From Macrostomum hystrix (lineage: Eukaryota; Animalia; Platyhelminthes), in assembly GCA_950097015.1 (NCBI GenBank), contig CATNEN010000008.1, forward strand, positions 4,464,001 to 4,528,000: a DNA stretch of 64,000 nucleotides. The letters run 5' to 3'. Shown piece by piece: positions 24,703-37,299 of this stretch (position 1 is the stretch's first letter; each line of letters opens with the position of its first letter). The position numbers and the translations under genes are program-made. The notes below the pieces were generated by a model. The model saw only the letters and a list, made by a program, of their open reading frames with translations. It did no database searches and had not been told where the DNA came from.

Positions 24703-25451
24703 TTCCTTAAACTGGGAATTTTTATATTTCTGCGAACTCCAAAGACGGTCATTTTCCGCTAATCCGGAAATTCCGTTGCAAAATTATTGGCGTCTTCCTT
24801 CACATCGTCATCTGGAAGTGCACATTGCGGATGTTTTTAAGAGTATGAAAATGTTTTCTGTTACTCTGTGTACCCATTTTACGCACGGAAATCTGAACTT
24901 AGATCATATAAGCAAGTCGCGAAGGTTTTTTTACTTGTAACACTGCAAAGCTTTACCAAATGAAATTGAATTTCTAGAATGTGCTGATAAAATTAGCATT
25001 CAACATTCTAAAATTAAACAAACAAGGTAGCGTTTAGCTTCTTAGCGAACTTGCTTAACTGCCTTTTTAACTACTCGCGCATCTTAATTTAGTCAGAAAG
25101 AATGCCGTGAATGCGGATTTGCCCTTTTGTTATCTAGCCTCAGGACGGAGCCCTTTACATTAACTGGGCGCAACGTACATACCCCCGTTAAACTGGCCTC
25201 GGACAGGTTAAAAAATGGAGCGAATGTACACTCCTAAGTGTACACTTAGTGAAGAGGTCCCGCGGAAAGCCCGCAAGCATTAGATTAGAGGCTAAAATTA
25301 GAAAGGGAAGTTCACCACCCACCCCCTTCCAGCTGCATAAATTTTTCGTTTTTCGCTTTCTTAGTTCTCAGAAATAAAAACGCTAAACGCAACTGTTTAT
25401 AATTCTGAATTGTGGACCAGCTGAAATCATCAAACTCAAACAGCCTGCAAC

Positions 25452-27998
25452 ATGAATGGACCGTACGAGAATCTGATCCAGTCGGGCCTCGATAACCCAG
25501 CATGTTTGGATCACGCGGAATATGGGCCAATTGAGAAGCGATTTGTCAAACGACCCGACGATGCTTATCGAGTTAAAAGTTTGACTGCCAAATTTTCTGT
25601 CATTTGCGCCGTGATCCTGCTGGTGGCAGCGGCCTCTACAACTGGCATGTCCGGCTGGGCCTATTATTCGATGCGGCAGAGAGCTGACAATAGTCCATGC
25701 GTGAGCACCGATATACTAAATATGAATTTTATATAAAAAACTAAATTCACTTGCACTGATTTTCATTGCAGACCTACACAGCCTTTGTCTTGGACACTGA
25801 TGCCATACAGTCATGCGGACTGCCTGCTATGCACCACCCACCGTGTCAGATTAACTCCACCGGGGCATTGTTGACCTCTGAGATGTGTAAGTTGTGGATT
25901 TGCTTCTAAATCTGCTTTGTAAAGCTAGATTATCAATCCATTCTGTCCTCCGAGGCTAGATTAACAAACCATTGTATTCTCCGAGGCTAGATTAGCAATC
26001 CATTCCATCCTCCGAGGCTAGATTAGCAATCCATTCTATCCTCCGAGGCTAGATTAGCAATCCATTCTTATCCTCCGAGGCTAGATTAGCAATCCATTCT
26101 TATCCTCCGAGGCTAGATTAGCAATCCATTCTTATCCTCCGAGGCTAGATTAGCAATCCATTGTATTCTCCGAGGCTAGATTAGCATCTATTCTATCCTC
26201 CGAGGCTAGATTAGCAATCTATTCTATCCTCCGAGGCTAGATTAGGAATCCATTCTATCCTCCGAGGCTAGATTAGCAATCCATTCTTATCCTCCGAGGC
26301 TAGACTAGCAATCCATTCTTATCCTCCGAGGCTAGATTAGCAATCCATTCTTATCCTCCGAGGCTAGATTAGCAATCCATTCTTATCCTCCGAGGCTAGA
26401 TTAGCAATCCATTCTTATCCTCCGAGGCTAGATTAGCATCTATTCTATCCTCCGAGGCTAGATTAGCAATCTATTCTATCCTCCGAGGCTAGATTAGGAA
26501 TCCATTCTATCCTCCGAGGCTAGATTAGCAATCCATTCTTATCCTCCGAGGCTAGACTAGCAATCCATTCTTATCCTCCAAGGCTAGATTAGCAATCCAT
26601 TCTTATCCTCCGAGGCTAGATTAGTAATCCATTCTTATCCTCCGAGGCTAGATTAGCAATCCATTCTTATCCTCCGAGGCTAGATTAGCAATCCATTCTG
26701 TCCTCCGAGGCTAGATTAACAAACCATTGTATTCTCCGAGGCTAGATTAGCAATCCATTATTATCCTCCGAGGCTAGATTAGCAATCCGTTCTTATCCTC
26801 CGAGGCTAGATTAGCAATCCATTATTATCCTCCGAGGCTAGATTAGCAATCCATTCTGTCCTCCGAGGCTAGATTAACAAACCATTGTATTCTCCGAGGC
26901 TAGATTAGCAATCGATGATAATCTCCTAAGCTAGACTATGTCTCTATATTAGTCATGCACCTATGACTCAAACGGCACAAACTTAATGAAGAAAAGAACA
27001 ATTTGGTGCGAAAGTTTATTTTAAGCAACACAAGGTAATTACTGCCCAACACTTAGAAAAAGGATGTGCAATTATACTGAATCTGTACGCGTGCTTCACT
27101 CATTGAAACTAACTAGGATGTCCCGCCTGTAACTTCTAAAAATGTTTTCTAAATGTATTACTATATTCAAATTACCCTACTATCAGTAGAGTAGGTAGTA
27201 GGTTCTTGCAATATTTAATTTAACGATATAGAGCTGCCATGTTTATTTGCACAGTCAACAACGCAGTGGGGCCCTGGAAATCTGGAGAGCTGGACGGTGT
27301 TGTCGACGGCGGCTACAGCGGCAGCGTCTGCGGCTTCGAGCTGGAGAGGTCTAGGACCCACCTGGTTGTGCGCCAGCCTGGCTTGTACCAGCTGACTGGC
27401 CAGGTGAGCTAGAGGGCGAGGTAGAACGATTCGGTCAATAAATCATAATTGATTAATCAATCCATCGATTAAACAAACATAAAATGACTAAATCATTCAA
27501 AAGATAAATCGATCTATAAATGGAATAACCGATGTATAAATAGAATAACCGATCTATAAATAGAATAACCGATCTATAAATAGAATAACCGATCTATAAA
27601 TAGAATAACCGATCTATAAATAGAATAATCGATCAATAAATAGAGTAATCGATCGAAAAATAAAATATTCGATCGATAAACTGCCGTATCGATCGACAAA
27701 GAGACTAAATCGATCGATACAAAATCGATCAATGAAAGAGTATATAAAACGACGAATTACTTGTTGCTAGGTAACCTTCACTGACGATGGCCCGGCCCAC
27801 CTGGAGTGGCAGGTGAATCACGCCGAGTGGATCGCCGTGAAGCGCGGCCGCGGCGATCGCGCCGGGCCAACTCAGGCCCGCCTGGAGGCCGTGCGCCGGC
27901 TGGCTGCCGGAGACAAGCTGTCGCTGCACCTGGACCGGGGCGAGAGGCGCCTAGCAACCCCTGCCCCGACTACCCACATCGGGCTTGTCCGCCTCTGA
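25452..27998 (+). CDS. TNF-ligand-like gene E (type II membrane, 246 aa, 4 exons)
   Basis: Exons 25452-25700, 25772-25886, 27255-27403 and 27771-27998 (phases 0, 1, 0), GT-AG and in frame. TM FSVICAVILLVAAASTTG. Motifs HLVVRQPGLYQLTGQVTF, VRRLAAGDKLSL and THIGLVRL. Confidence 0.78.
25928..26935. repeat. 31/32-bp minisatellite (ATCCTCCGAGGCTAGATTAGCAATCCATTCT)n in intron 2 of gene E
   Basis: About 32 tandem units with no unique spacers. Confidence 0.95.
27520..27730. repeat. 20-bp minisatellite (AAATAGAATAACCGATCTAT)n in intron 3 of gene E
   Basis: Direct inspection; degenerate toward the ends. Confidence 0.85.
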
Positions 27999-28597
27999 AC
28001 TGTCCTGACCGTGCTGAGGCAAGTGGACTACTAAATGGCCAATGTTTGATTTTTAGGTTTTTTATTGCAGCATAATGTAATAAGCTTGCACAAATTCATT
28101 GATCAATGCGCTCGAAAGCATGACTCACTCAGTCCATTGTTTTTTTACTTGCCTTTGCACATTCTAACTGTAAATGTATTTCCCGAAGTGATACTTTTGC
28201 CTTATAGCTAGCAGCTGACTGCTTAATTAATTATTTGGTGTAACAATGCTTTCTGATTTATTTTAATCTGCTTTACGGACATTAATAAATAACGACTAAA
28301 GACCAGCTTTTTAAACGTTTAAACAAAATTTCAAAATTCAAAACGACATTTATTTATATTAAACATTTTTTGATAATTATTGAAAACTGAAGCTTGAAAA
28401 TGATCAAACAAACACTCGAACAAAGAAACTTTAATTTCTGTTAGACTTTTCCAGTGTGCGATATTATGTATAAGCAACAAAAAATGGGAAGAGAAAACAA
28501 AAGCTGCAATTCTATTTTTGCTGGATAAATTATTTGAAAAATTACTAAAGTTTAGACACCCTAAAAATACTACTATTTCTTTTTTCAAGTCCTCCGA

Positions 28598-29018
28598 TCC
28601 ACTTGTTCACCCACCCTCCCAGTTCACACTTGTTCACCCACCCTTCCAGTTCACACTTGTTCACCCACCCTTCCAGTTCACACTTGTTCACCCACCCTTC
28701 CAGTTCACACTTGTTCACCCACCCTTCCAGTTCACACTTGTTCACCCACCCTTCCAGTTCACACTTGTTCACCCACCCTTCCAGTTCACACTTGTTCACC
28801 CACCCTTCCAGTTCACACTTGTTCACCCACCCTCCCAGTTCACACTTGTTCACCCACCCTTCCAGTTCACACTTGTTCACCCACCCTTCCAGTTCACACT
28901 TGTTCACCCACCCTTCCAGTTCACACTTGTTCACCCACCCTCCCAGTTCACACTTGTTCACCCACCCTTCCAGTTCACACTTGTTCACCCACCCTTCCAG
29001 TTCACACTTGTTCACCCA
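28598..29018. repeat. 27-bp minisatellite (CACTTGTTCACCCACCCTTCCAGTTCA)n
   Basis: About 15 units just downstream of the glycosyltransferase stop codon. Confidence 0.95.
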
Positions 29019-29032
29019 AAGTTCTCGTACAG

Positions 29033-32000
29033 TCAGGCGTAGCACAGTCTTGCAGCCAGCCTGGTGTTCTCAAGCTCCGCTGGTCCCAGAGGCCCGCCGC
29101 CCGCATTGTTAGGCCTGCCCAGCAGCAGTTCGCGGACTGGGAATCGCCGCAGGGGCCGCCGCCGTTCGTTCCGAGCGGCAGCCGGGTAGCCCAGGTGCAA
29201 GAACCGGTGAACGCCCAGCGTATTGGAGGTGAGCCACTTCTCAGCCAGCTGACTGTAGCCGGATTGGCTCAGCTTGCGACAGGCAGCGAGCTTCAGCGGA
29301 TTGTGTTCGCGGCTCTCTGACGCTCGGATGTGAAAATAATAGTTCTGACGCAACCGGTGGGATGCCGCTCGGCTTCCCTCCGGATTCAGGAGTCGCTCTG
29401 CGATGTGGTAATTTTACACATAACGAATTTCTAATTCGCGCACTTGAAGTCCAGCCGGTGGATATTTTTAGATCTGAGTGAGCGACTCTCAATGTACGTA
29501 GGTAATGTACGCTGACTATTTTCAAATATGAGAGTGCAAATGGTAGTGTACATAGATTATGTTCGTTTGTTAATTTTAGATCTCATAGTCTTACCCTCAT
29601 TGTACATAGGTAATGTACGCTGGCTATTTTTAGATCAGAGAGTGCAACTCGAAGTAAAGATAGATTATGTTCGTTGGCTTCTTTTAGATCTAGGAGTACA
29701 AATCCAATTTACCATAGGTAATGAACGCATACATATTCTTTGTTTTAATGAGTTGTAAACAGACTGTACAAATATGCGCTTATAGAACATTTGTGCGTAA
29801 AGCGGTGCTTAAAAAAGCAGTAAAAAACAATATAGTCTTTATACTGTTTATAATAAATTAAGCTACACTCGTAATATTTTATCTAGCAGTTGACGTAAGT
29901 TATTGGTGGGAAAAGTACATTTGTAAAGCTTTTTTTCTTTGAAGACACATGAGATGCATTCAAATGTTTGAACTTACCACAGACAGACTTCAATAACGCT
30001 GATCTATCCAACAATGGCGAGAACACACTCGGACTTAACAGTCTCAGGCGCTGACTCAAGTTGGGCGTCACGGAGCGGTACTGCTGGTACTGCTGAGTCA
30101 GGTAGATGGGCCCCGTGGAGCTGATTATGTCTTCAACTGTAAGGCAGGATAATTAACACGCGATAAAATCCATTATCTGCGTGACTTGTACAGAAAGATA
30201 TGCTATTAGCAGCGATGACTCATCGCCAGTCGATGGCGTGGGGTGGGTGTCGACGAAATCGTGATAAGGCATCAACCAATTGGAGAAAAGTGAGCTATTT
30301 TTAGACTGCTAAGTGCTAATTCATACCGTTTTTCTTGCTAGGCAGGTTCTGTATAACTTGCTCCAGAAACGGATGCCTCTTCGTACAGCCGAGGACAGAA
30401 TTCATGACCGAGTACTCGATGCCGTGCAGAATTTGAGTCTGCTCCGGGCGTTCTTGATCGAAGAAGCAGGTCTCAGTGGCCACAAGGGAGTCTAGCGGTT
30501 GTATGCAGTGCACGTCCATGTCTATGTACACACCTGCCATGGACAAGGAAACAACGAATCAAAGAAGGAAATTGACCATTAACTTCGCCGTGAAAGGTAG
30601 ATATTACTTTTAATTAAGTGTTTACCAAATCTACTTTTTATTAAGATTTGTAATGATTTAAAAAAACTAAATTTATTATTCGCAGTAACTGACAGTAAGA
30701 GATAACCCCAGAGATAAGGAGAAGGCTGAAGGGTAAAAGGAATGAGGACGGGTCAGAGGGTAAGAGCTGAAAAGGAGGGGGTGAGGAAAGAGAGACGAAC
30801 AGCTAGCCAATCAGAGGCGAGGGAGAGGAGAGAGGAGAAAGTACAATAAGAGGTCACGCGAGCGTGAACTAACACAGAGAGATCAAGGAAAAGTAATAAC
30901 AAGACTTAAAGCGCTACAAGACGCGTACATTTGAATGTACTTTAGTGTACATATTAACGCATCGAATGTTACATTGGAGTGTAAATTCGTGCAAAAAGTA
31001 ACTGAAATGTACATCACAATCACAATGAACATTTAAATGAATCAGCGCCATAACGCATGACTATTAAGAGTATTAAGAGTAAGGCACACACAGTTCATTT
31101 CTTCCTCAGCTGAAAAATGCATCAAATCTTGCTTTGCTATTCCACGCTCAACTCAAAGTTTTCGCGAAAGCAGTTTCTGTAAATATTTCATTCGACGCCT
31201 GGGAGGCAACTGTTTTCCGATGCAATTCTTTTGTTGTAGGAAAAATCAAAGAAAAAAGTTGTGGGTGGTGCCACATGCTAACAAGGGCCTCTGTCTACTA
31301 TACAAATCTACTGTGCAGCATGCAACACTTGCCACTGTAAATAAGGTAGAAATGGCAACAGAATATTTTATTGAATAATTCATGGAATGCTTCATTTCAG
31401 TACGCCTGCCCAATCGGGCCAGATGTGCAGCCGACAGCACAGCCGCAGCTACTGCGTGGCACATCTGAAGGCTGCGTACGGCTGTTCAGTCCATGGACTG
31501 GAAGGACGCCACACCCACCCTCAATTACACCCGCTGATGCTGGTACCCAATTAACAGCTGGGTGAATTAAAGCAATGTAGAATTAATTGTTTTGCTAAAA
31601 AGCATAAACCTTGACAGTGGAATCAGGATTCGAACCCCCGACCTACAATCCGTGAGTCTAAAGCTTCAGCCACTAGGCTACAACCTCCTTTGCCTGCATG
31701 AATCATTCACACAATGGCTCATACAATGGCTCATACAATGGTTCATACAATGGCTCATACAATGGCTCATACAATGGTTCATACAATGGCTCATACAATG
31801 GCTCATACAATGGCTCATACAATGGCTCATACAATGGCTCATACAATGGCTCATACAATGGCTCATACAATGGCTCATACAATGGCTCATACAATGGTTC
31901 ATACAATGGCTCATACAATGGCTCATACAATGGCTCATACAATGGTTCATACAATGGCTCATACAATGGCTCATACAATGGTTCATACAATGGCTCATAC

Positions 32001-32554
32001 AATGGCTCATACAATGGCTCATTGAACTCACCGCCGAAGTGGTGCAGTATGAAGTACCTCAGTGCATCTGACCTCTGCAGAGCCTTCTTATAGCCGTCAA
32101 ACATTGGCAGGAAGTCCGCATAGTTCGCTTCAACAAACTTCCTGGCCTCCGAGTCTGTCCACAGGACGTAGACAAAATCAGGATTTCGGCGAATGCAGGA
32201 GGCGATCGATTGGCGATACAGCTCCGGCACGATGTCGGTGGCATAGATCTGGTGCAGCAGCAGGGGAATCCTGCCATCGCACTGGCCCGTCAGGTTCAAC
32301 CGCCCGGTGGAGGCTCGCCTAGCCGCGGCCAGCTGTCGTATCCTGGCGTCGACATCCGGGTCTCCGGTCAGCTCGAGCCAGACCGGCTCGTCCCAGGTGA
32401 AGTAGATCCAGCCGCGGCTGACCGCGACCGTTAGGAGAAGCAGCAGAAGAGCGAGCAGCAGCGGCGGAAACAGAGAGACTGCGCAGGTCGGCTGGCCGAA
32501 ACCGGGGCCGCAGCAGCAGGCGCGACGATGGAGGCTGCGGCAGAGCAGCCGCAT
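29033..32554 (-). CDS. GT32 / DxD sugar-binding glycosyltransferase (SUR1/OCH1-like type; 390 aa, 4 exons)
   Basis: Exons 32554-32032, 30533-30327, 30136-29978 and 29316-29033, all joins phase 1 and in frame. N-terminal TM anchor. Motifs IPLLLHQIY, VLWTD, QRSDALRYFILHHFGGVYIDMD, HPFL and STGP. Confidence 0.88.
31398..31688 (-). mobile_element. CORE-like SINE family 2 in intron 1 of the glycosyltransferase
   Basis: tRNA-like head TAGCCTAGTGG...GGTTCGAATCC. Body homologous to 7054-7327. Confidence 0.8.
31707..32022. repeat. 12-bp minisatellite (CTCATACAATGG)n
   Basis: Starts about 10 nt inside intron 1 of the glycosyltransferase. Confidence 0.96.
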
Positions 32555-32619
32555 CCCGGATGGACTCCACTTGTGGCTGGCAGGGTCGGATATTGTTTTA
32601 TTAAAACTGCAGCAGCGAT

Positions 32620-32830
32620 TCTAGCTTCGATTCTAGCTTCGATTCTAGCTTCGATTCTATCTTCGATTCTAGCTTCGATTCTATCTTCGATTCTAGCTTC
32701 GATTCTTGCTTCGATTCTAGCTTCGATTCTAGCTTCGATTCTAGCTTCGATTCTAGCTTCGATTCTAGCTTCGATTCTTGCTTCGATTCTTGCATCGATT
32801 CTAGCTGCGATTCTAGCTACGGTTCCCACT
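32620..32830. repeat. 12-bp minisatellite (TTCTAGCTTCGA)n
   Basis: Direct inspection; just upstream of the glycosyltransferase ATG. Confidence 0.93.
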
Positions 32831-33235
32831 GCGATTCAAGGCAGAATGTAGGGCGGGTGAAGGAAAAAAATACTTCAATTTGTTCACCCGATAAGTACTC
32901 TGCAGGTTCACAAGGCTGTTAAGTGCATACTTCGACGTAAATAGAAGTCCTCTCACGTGACTCATTTCATCCCATCCCAAATAGATAACACTGAGACACG
33001 CGCATTGCACAGCTTTTAGTCGTCCCCACTAAGCCTGGTTTTCTCAAACTCTCCAAACCTCTTCTGCAAGCTTCTATTCGCTATTACGAGTTATTGAGAC
33101 TAAATTTCGATTGAGATCATTCCTACTTCATAGACTTCAAGGCCTCTCATTTTACGATTGTCTCACCTCTTTTTATTACGAAGATCAATAATTTTTCCCA
33201 CTTCTTTTTCCTCTCTTATCTTTCCTAACTCTTCC

Positions 33236-34120
33236 TATCCCATCTCTCCCTCACTTTCCTCTCCCATCTCTCCCTCACTTTCCTCTCCCATCTCTCCATC
33301 ACCTTCCTCTCCCATCTCTCCCTCACTTTCCTCTCTCATCTCTCACCCACTTTCCTCTCCCATCTCTCCATCACCTTCCTCTCCCATCTCTCCCTCACTT
33401 TCCTCTCCCATCTCTCCCCCACTTTCCTCTCCCATCTCTCCCTAACTTTCCTCTCCCATCTCTCCCTCACTTTCCTCTCCCATCTCTCCCTCACTTTCCT
33501 CTCCCATCTCTCCCTCACCTTCCTCTCCCATCTCTCCCTCACTTTCCTCTCCCATCTCTCCCCCACTTTCCTCTCCCATCTCTCCCTCACTTTCCTCTCC
33601 CATCTCTCCCTCACTTTCCTCTCCCATCTCTCCCTCACTTTCCTCTCCCATCTCTCCCTCACTTTCCTCTCCCATCTCTCCCTAACTTTCCTCTCCCATC
33701 TCTTCCTCACTTTCCTCTCCCATCTCTCCCTCACTTTCCTCTCCCATCTCTCCCTCACTTTCCTCTCCCATCTCTCCCTCACTTTCCTCTCCCATCTCTC
33801 CCTAACTTTCCTCTCCCATCTCTTCCTCACTTTCCTCTCCCATCTCTTCCTCACTTTCCTCTCCCATCTCTCCCTCACTTTCCTCTCCCATCTCTCCCCC
33901 ACTTTCCTCTCCCATCTCTCCCTCACTTTCCTCTCCCATCTCTCCCCCACTTTCCTCTCCCATCTCTCCCTCACTTTCCTCTCCCATCTCTCCCCCACTT
34001 TCCTCTCCCATCTCTCCCTCACTTTCCTCTCCCATCTCTCCCCCACTTTCCTCTCCCATCTCTCCCTCACTTTCCTCTCCCATCTCTCCCTCACTTTCCT
34101 CTCCTATCTCTCCCTCACCT
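33236..34120. repeat. 24-bp pyrimidine-rich minisatellite (CCCATCTCTCCCTCACTTTCCTCT)n
   Basis: Direct inspection; about 36 units. Confidence 0.96.
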
Positions 34121-34797
34121 TCTTACCGATCTTGTCTGTCCTTCGCCAGTTGATGATCCAGCACTCGCGTGTCAATGGTGAAGCAAACAATGCTGAAACT
34201 TTGTCGCGCAGTTGCCGGGCAAAGTCTATTTTTCAGCGGTCCTCTCAGCGCCTCTGCACCGTTAATTCTATCCCCAGTTAGCCCCAGTGGCGCTTTAGAA
34301 ACTGGTTTGCAGTGTTCGCCAGGACCCAAGCACTGTAATTGGCTAGCGTGGTGAAGGAGAGAGTTTTGACAAGAACTAAAAATTGGATTGGCAGCGGAGC
34401 AGGGGATAGGAGCAGCAATGACAGATGAGAGAGAAATATCCAACTGCATGTTAGACCTGTGAATTTGTATTTCGCTGTCTCCGGGCGCTGTGTCTGAAAG
34501 CCAAATAAGGAGGGGCTAGGGAGTGTCTACCTGTCAGCAATCGTCCCCAAGCGATGTCCTAAATATTTTATCATTTTATCCCCAATATTTTATTGCCGTT
34601 GTTTGCCTCGGAGCCAAAAGCACCCACCCCACTCCACGTCGGGCCATTGTGAGCAGCGGCAATGAAACGATGCTCATTATCATTTGAACAATTCATAGCT
34701 GCCAATTGATTATGCTATTCTGCATGCTTTCTGAATTTCGTTTTATGAACCTCTGGCTTTGATATTTCTTCCTCTGTATTAATATGCTTCTTATCCC

Positions 34798-36400
34798 ATA
34801 ATCTACCTCTCTCATCGCTAATCTACCTCTCTCATCGCTAATCTACCTCTCTCATCGTTAATCTACCTCTTTCATCGTTAATCTACCTCTCTCATCGTTA
34901 ATCTACCTCTCTCATCATTAATCTACCTTTCTCATCGTTAATCTACCTCTCTCATCGTTAATCTACCTCTCTCATCATTAATCTACCTTTCTCATCGTTA
35001 ATCTACATTTCTCATCGTTAATCTACCTTTCTCATCGTTAATCTATCTTTCTCACCGTTATCTACCTCTCTTATCGTTAATCTACCCCTACTCTCATAGT
35101 TAATATACATTTCTCATCGTTAATCTTCTATTCTCATCGTTATTCTACCTTTCTCGTCGTTAACCTACCTTTCTCATCGTTAATCTACCTCTCTCATCTT
35201 TAATCTACCTTTCTCGTCGTTAATCTAGTTTTCTCATAGTTAATCTTCCTTTCTCATCGTTAATCTACCTCTCTCATCGCTAATCTACCTCTCTCATCGC
35301 TAATCTACCTCTCTCATCGCTAATCTACCTCTCTCATCGCTAATCTACCTTTCTCGTCGTTAACCTACCGTTCTCATCGTTAATCTATCTTTCTCACCGT
35401 TATCTACCTCTCTTATCGTTAATCTACCCCTACTCTCATAGTTAATATACATTTCTCATCGTTAATCTTCTATACTCATTGCTAATCTTCCTTTCTTTCT
35501 TATTATTAATCTAGTTTTCTCATCATTAATCTACCACTCTCTTCTTTAATCCACCTTTCTCATCGTTAATCTTCCTTTCTCATCGTTAATCTAGTTTTCT
35601 CATCGTTAATCTACCACTCGCTTCGTTAATCCACCTTTCTCATCGTTAATCTACCACTCTCTTCTTTAATCCACCTTTCTCATCGTTAATCTACCACTCT
35701 CTTCTTTAATCCACCTTTCTCATCGTTAATCTTCCTTTCTCATCGTTAATCTAGTTTTCTCATCGTTAATCTACCACTCGCTTCGTTAATCCACCTTTCT
35801 CATCGTTAATCTACCACTCTCTTCTTTAATCCACCTTTCTCATCGTTAATCTACCACTCTCTTCTTTAATCCACCTTTCTCATCGTTAATCTACCACTCT
35901 CTTCTTTAATCCACCTTTCTCATCGTTAATCTACCACTCTCTTCTTTAATCCACCTTTCTCATCGTTAATCTACCACTCTCTTCTTTAATCCACCTTTCT
36001 CATCGTTAATCTTCCTTTCTCATCGTTAATCTATCTTTCTCACCGTTATCTACCTCTCTTATCGTTAATCTACCCCTACTCTCATAGTTAATATACATTT
36101 CTCATCGTTAATCTTCTATTCTCATTGTTAATCTTCCTGTCTTTCTTATCGTTAATCTAGTTTTCTCATCGTTAATCTACCACTCGCTTCGTTAATCCAC
36201 CTTTCTCATCGTTAATCTACCTTTCTCGTCGTTAATCCACCTTTCTCATCGTTAATCTTCCTTTCTCATCGTTAATCTATCTTTCTCACCGTTATCTACC
36301 TCTCTTATCGTTATTCTACCTCTCTTATCGTTAATCTACCCCTACTCTCATAGTTAATCTATATTTATCATCGTTAATCTAGTTTTCTCATCGTTAATCG
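34798..36400. repeat. About 20-bp degenerate satellite (TAATCTACCTCTCTCATCGT)n
   Basis: Direct inspection, with block-wise variant patterns. Confidence 0.93.
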
Positions 36401-37299
36401 AAACATTTTCTCCCAGTCCATCGAACTACTTTCAACTTTCTCTACCCAAGCACCTATTCCACCTGTACAACAGATGAGTACAACTCTTCAATGCCAATTC
36501 AGAGCTCATACAGATAGTATTAAGCAGCCAAAATGCAGCCATAGAGTGAAGGTGTGTCACAAGTAGCAGAACAATTCCCCTAAGGCAATCACCCCTTAAC
36601 GAAGCAGTTTTTTTCTGCATGGGGAGAATCAAAGTCTAAAATAGCTGCTCCTGACACATTCTGAAAGCGCCAGACTTCCCAGTGCGTGACTGGCTGGCTA
36701 TATTTAAACTGTTCCGCGTCAGAACCAGGCCTTGACGGAGGAGAAAGCAGAGTGGATTTTTTGGAAGGCTTGGGGGGAAATAGTGGCGGGGAAATGGGGA
36801 CGGGAATGGACAAAAGTGCATTGATGCCATTCTCTGGATAAGAAAGCTCCAGTTACAAGCGAGGAGAAGATGAAAAAACGTGGCCTCTGTTTTATTATTC
36901 TGAGCAACAATGCCGGCCAAGCGGGTGAAGCCAAAGCAGCCTCTAAACTATTTTATTTTTTTCGACGAAAAAAGACATGTCAATAAAAATTGCGCAAAGC
37001 TGAAAGATTAACATAAAAATGTTCCGCTTTTAGCGCGATATTGCCCGACTGCAAGCTAACAGGGATTGTATTGTGAGGCTGCTTCACACTCAGCAACCTA
37101 GGTAGACTAGTACTGCTCAATTTGGGCCCGGCAACTGGATACGGGCAGACAAGGCAGTGGGAAAATGAAGGGAGGAGGGGTAGAAGGAAAGGATGAGGAT
37201 AGGGGAAGAATGGAGGATGGTGCGATGGGAAAAATTGAGAATGGTGGGAGAGGAAAATAGGGGATGGGCGGGAAGGTAAGGATTATGGATGGGGCTAAG

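Noticed and set aside
25928-26935. CRISPR-like appearance of the 31/32-bp repeats
   Set aside because: There are no unique spacers or cas genes, and the array is inside an intron of a eukaryotic gene.
31703-32031. EPLY-repeat C-terminus of the 283-aa ORF
   Set aside because: Read-through into intron 1. The GTGAGT donor at 32031 splices in phase to the exon containing the DxD motif.
33336-34094. RERWERKV and MGEESEGE charged-repeat ORFs
   Set aside because: A 24-bp minisatellite with no start context or splice support.
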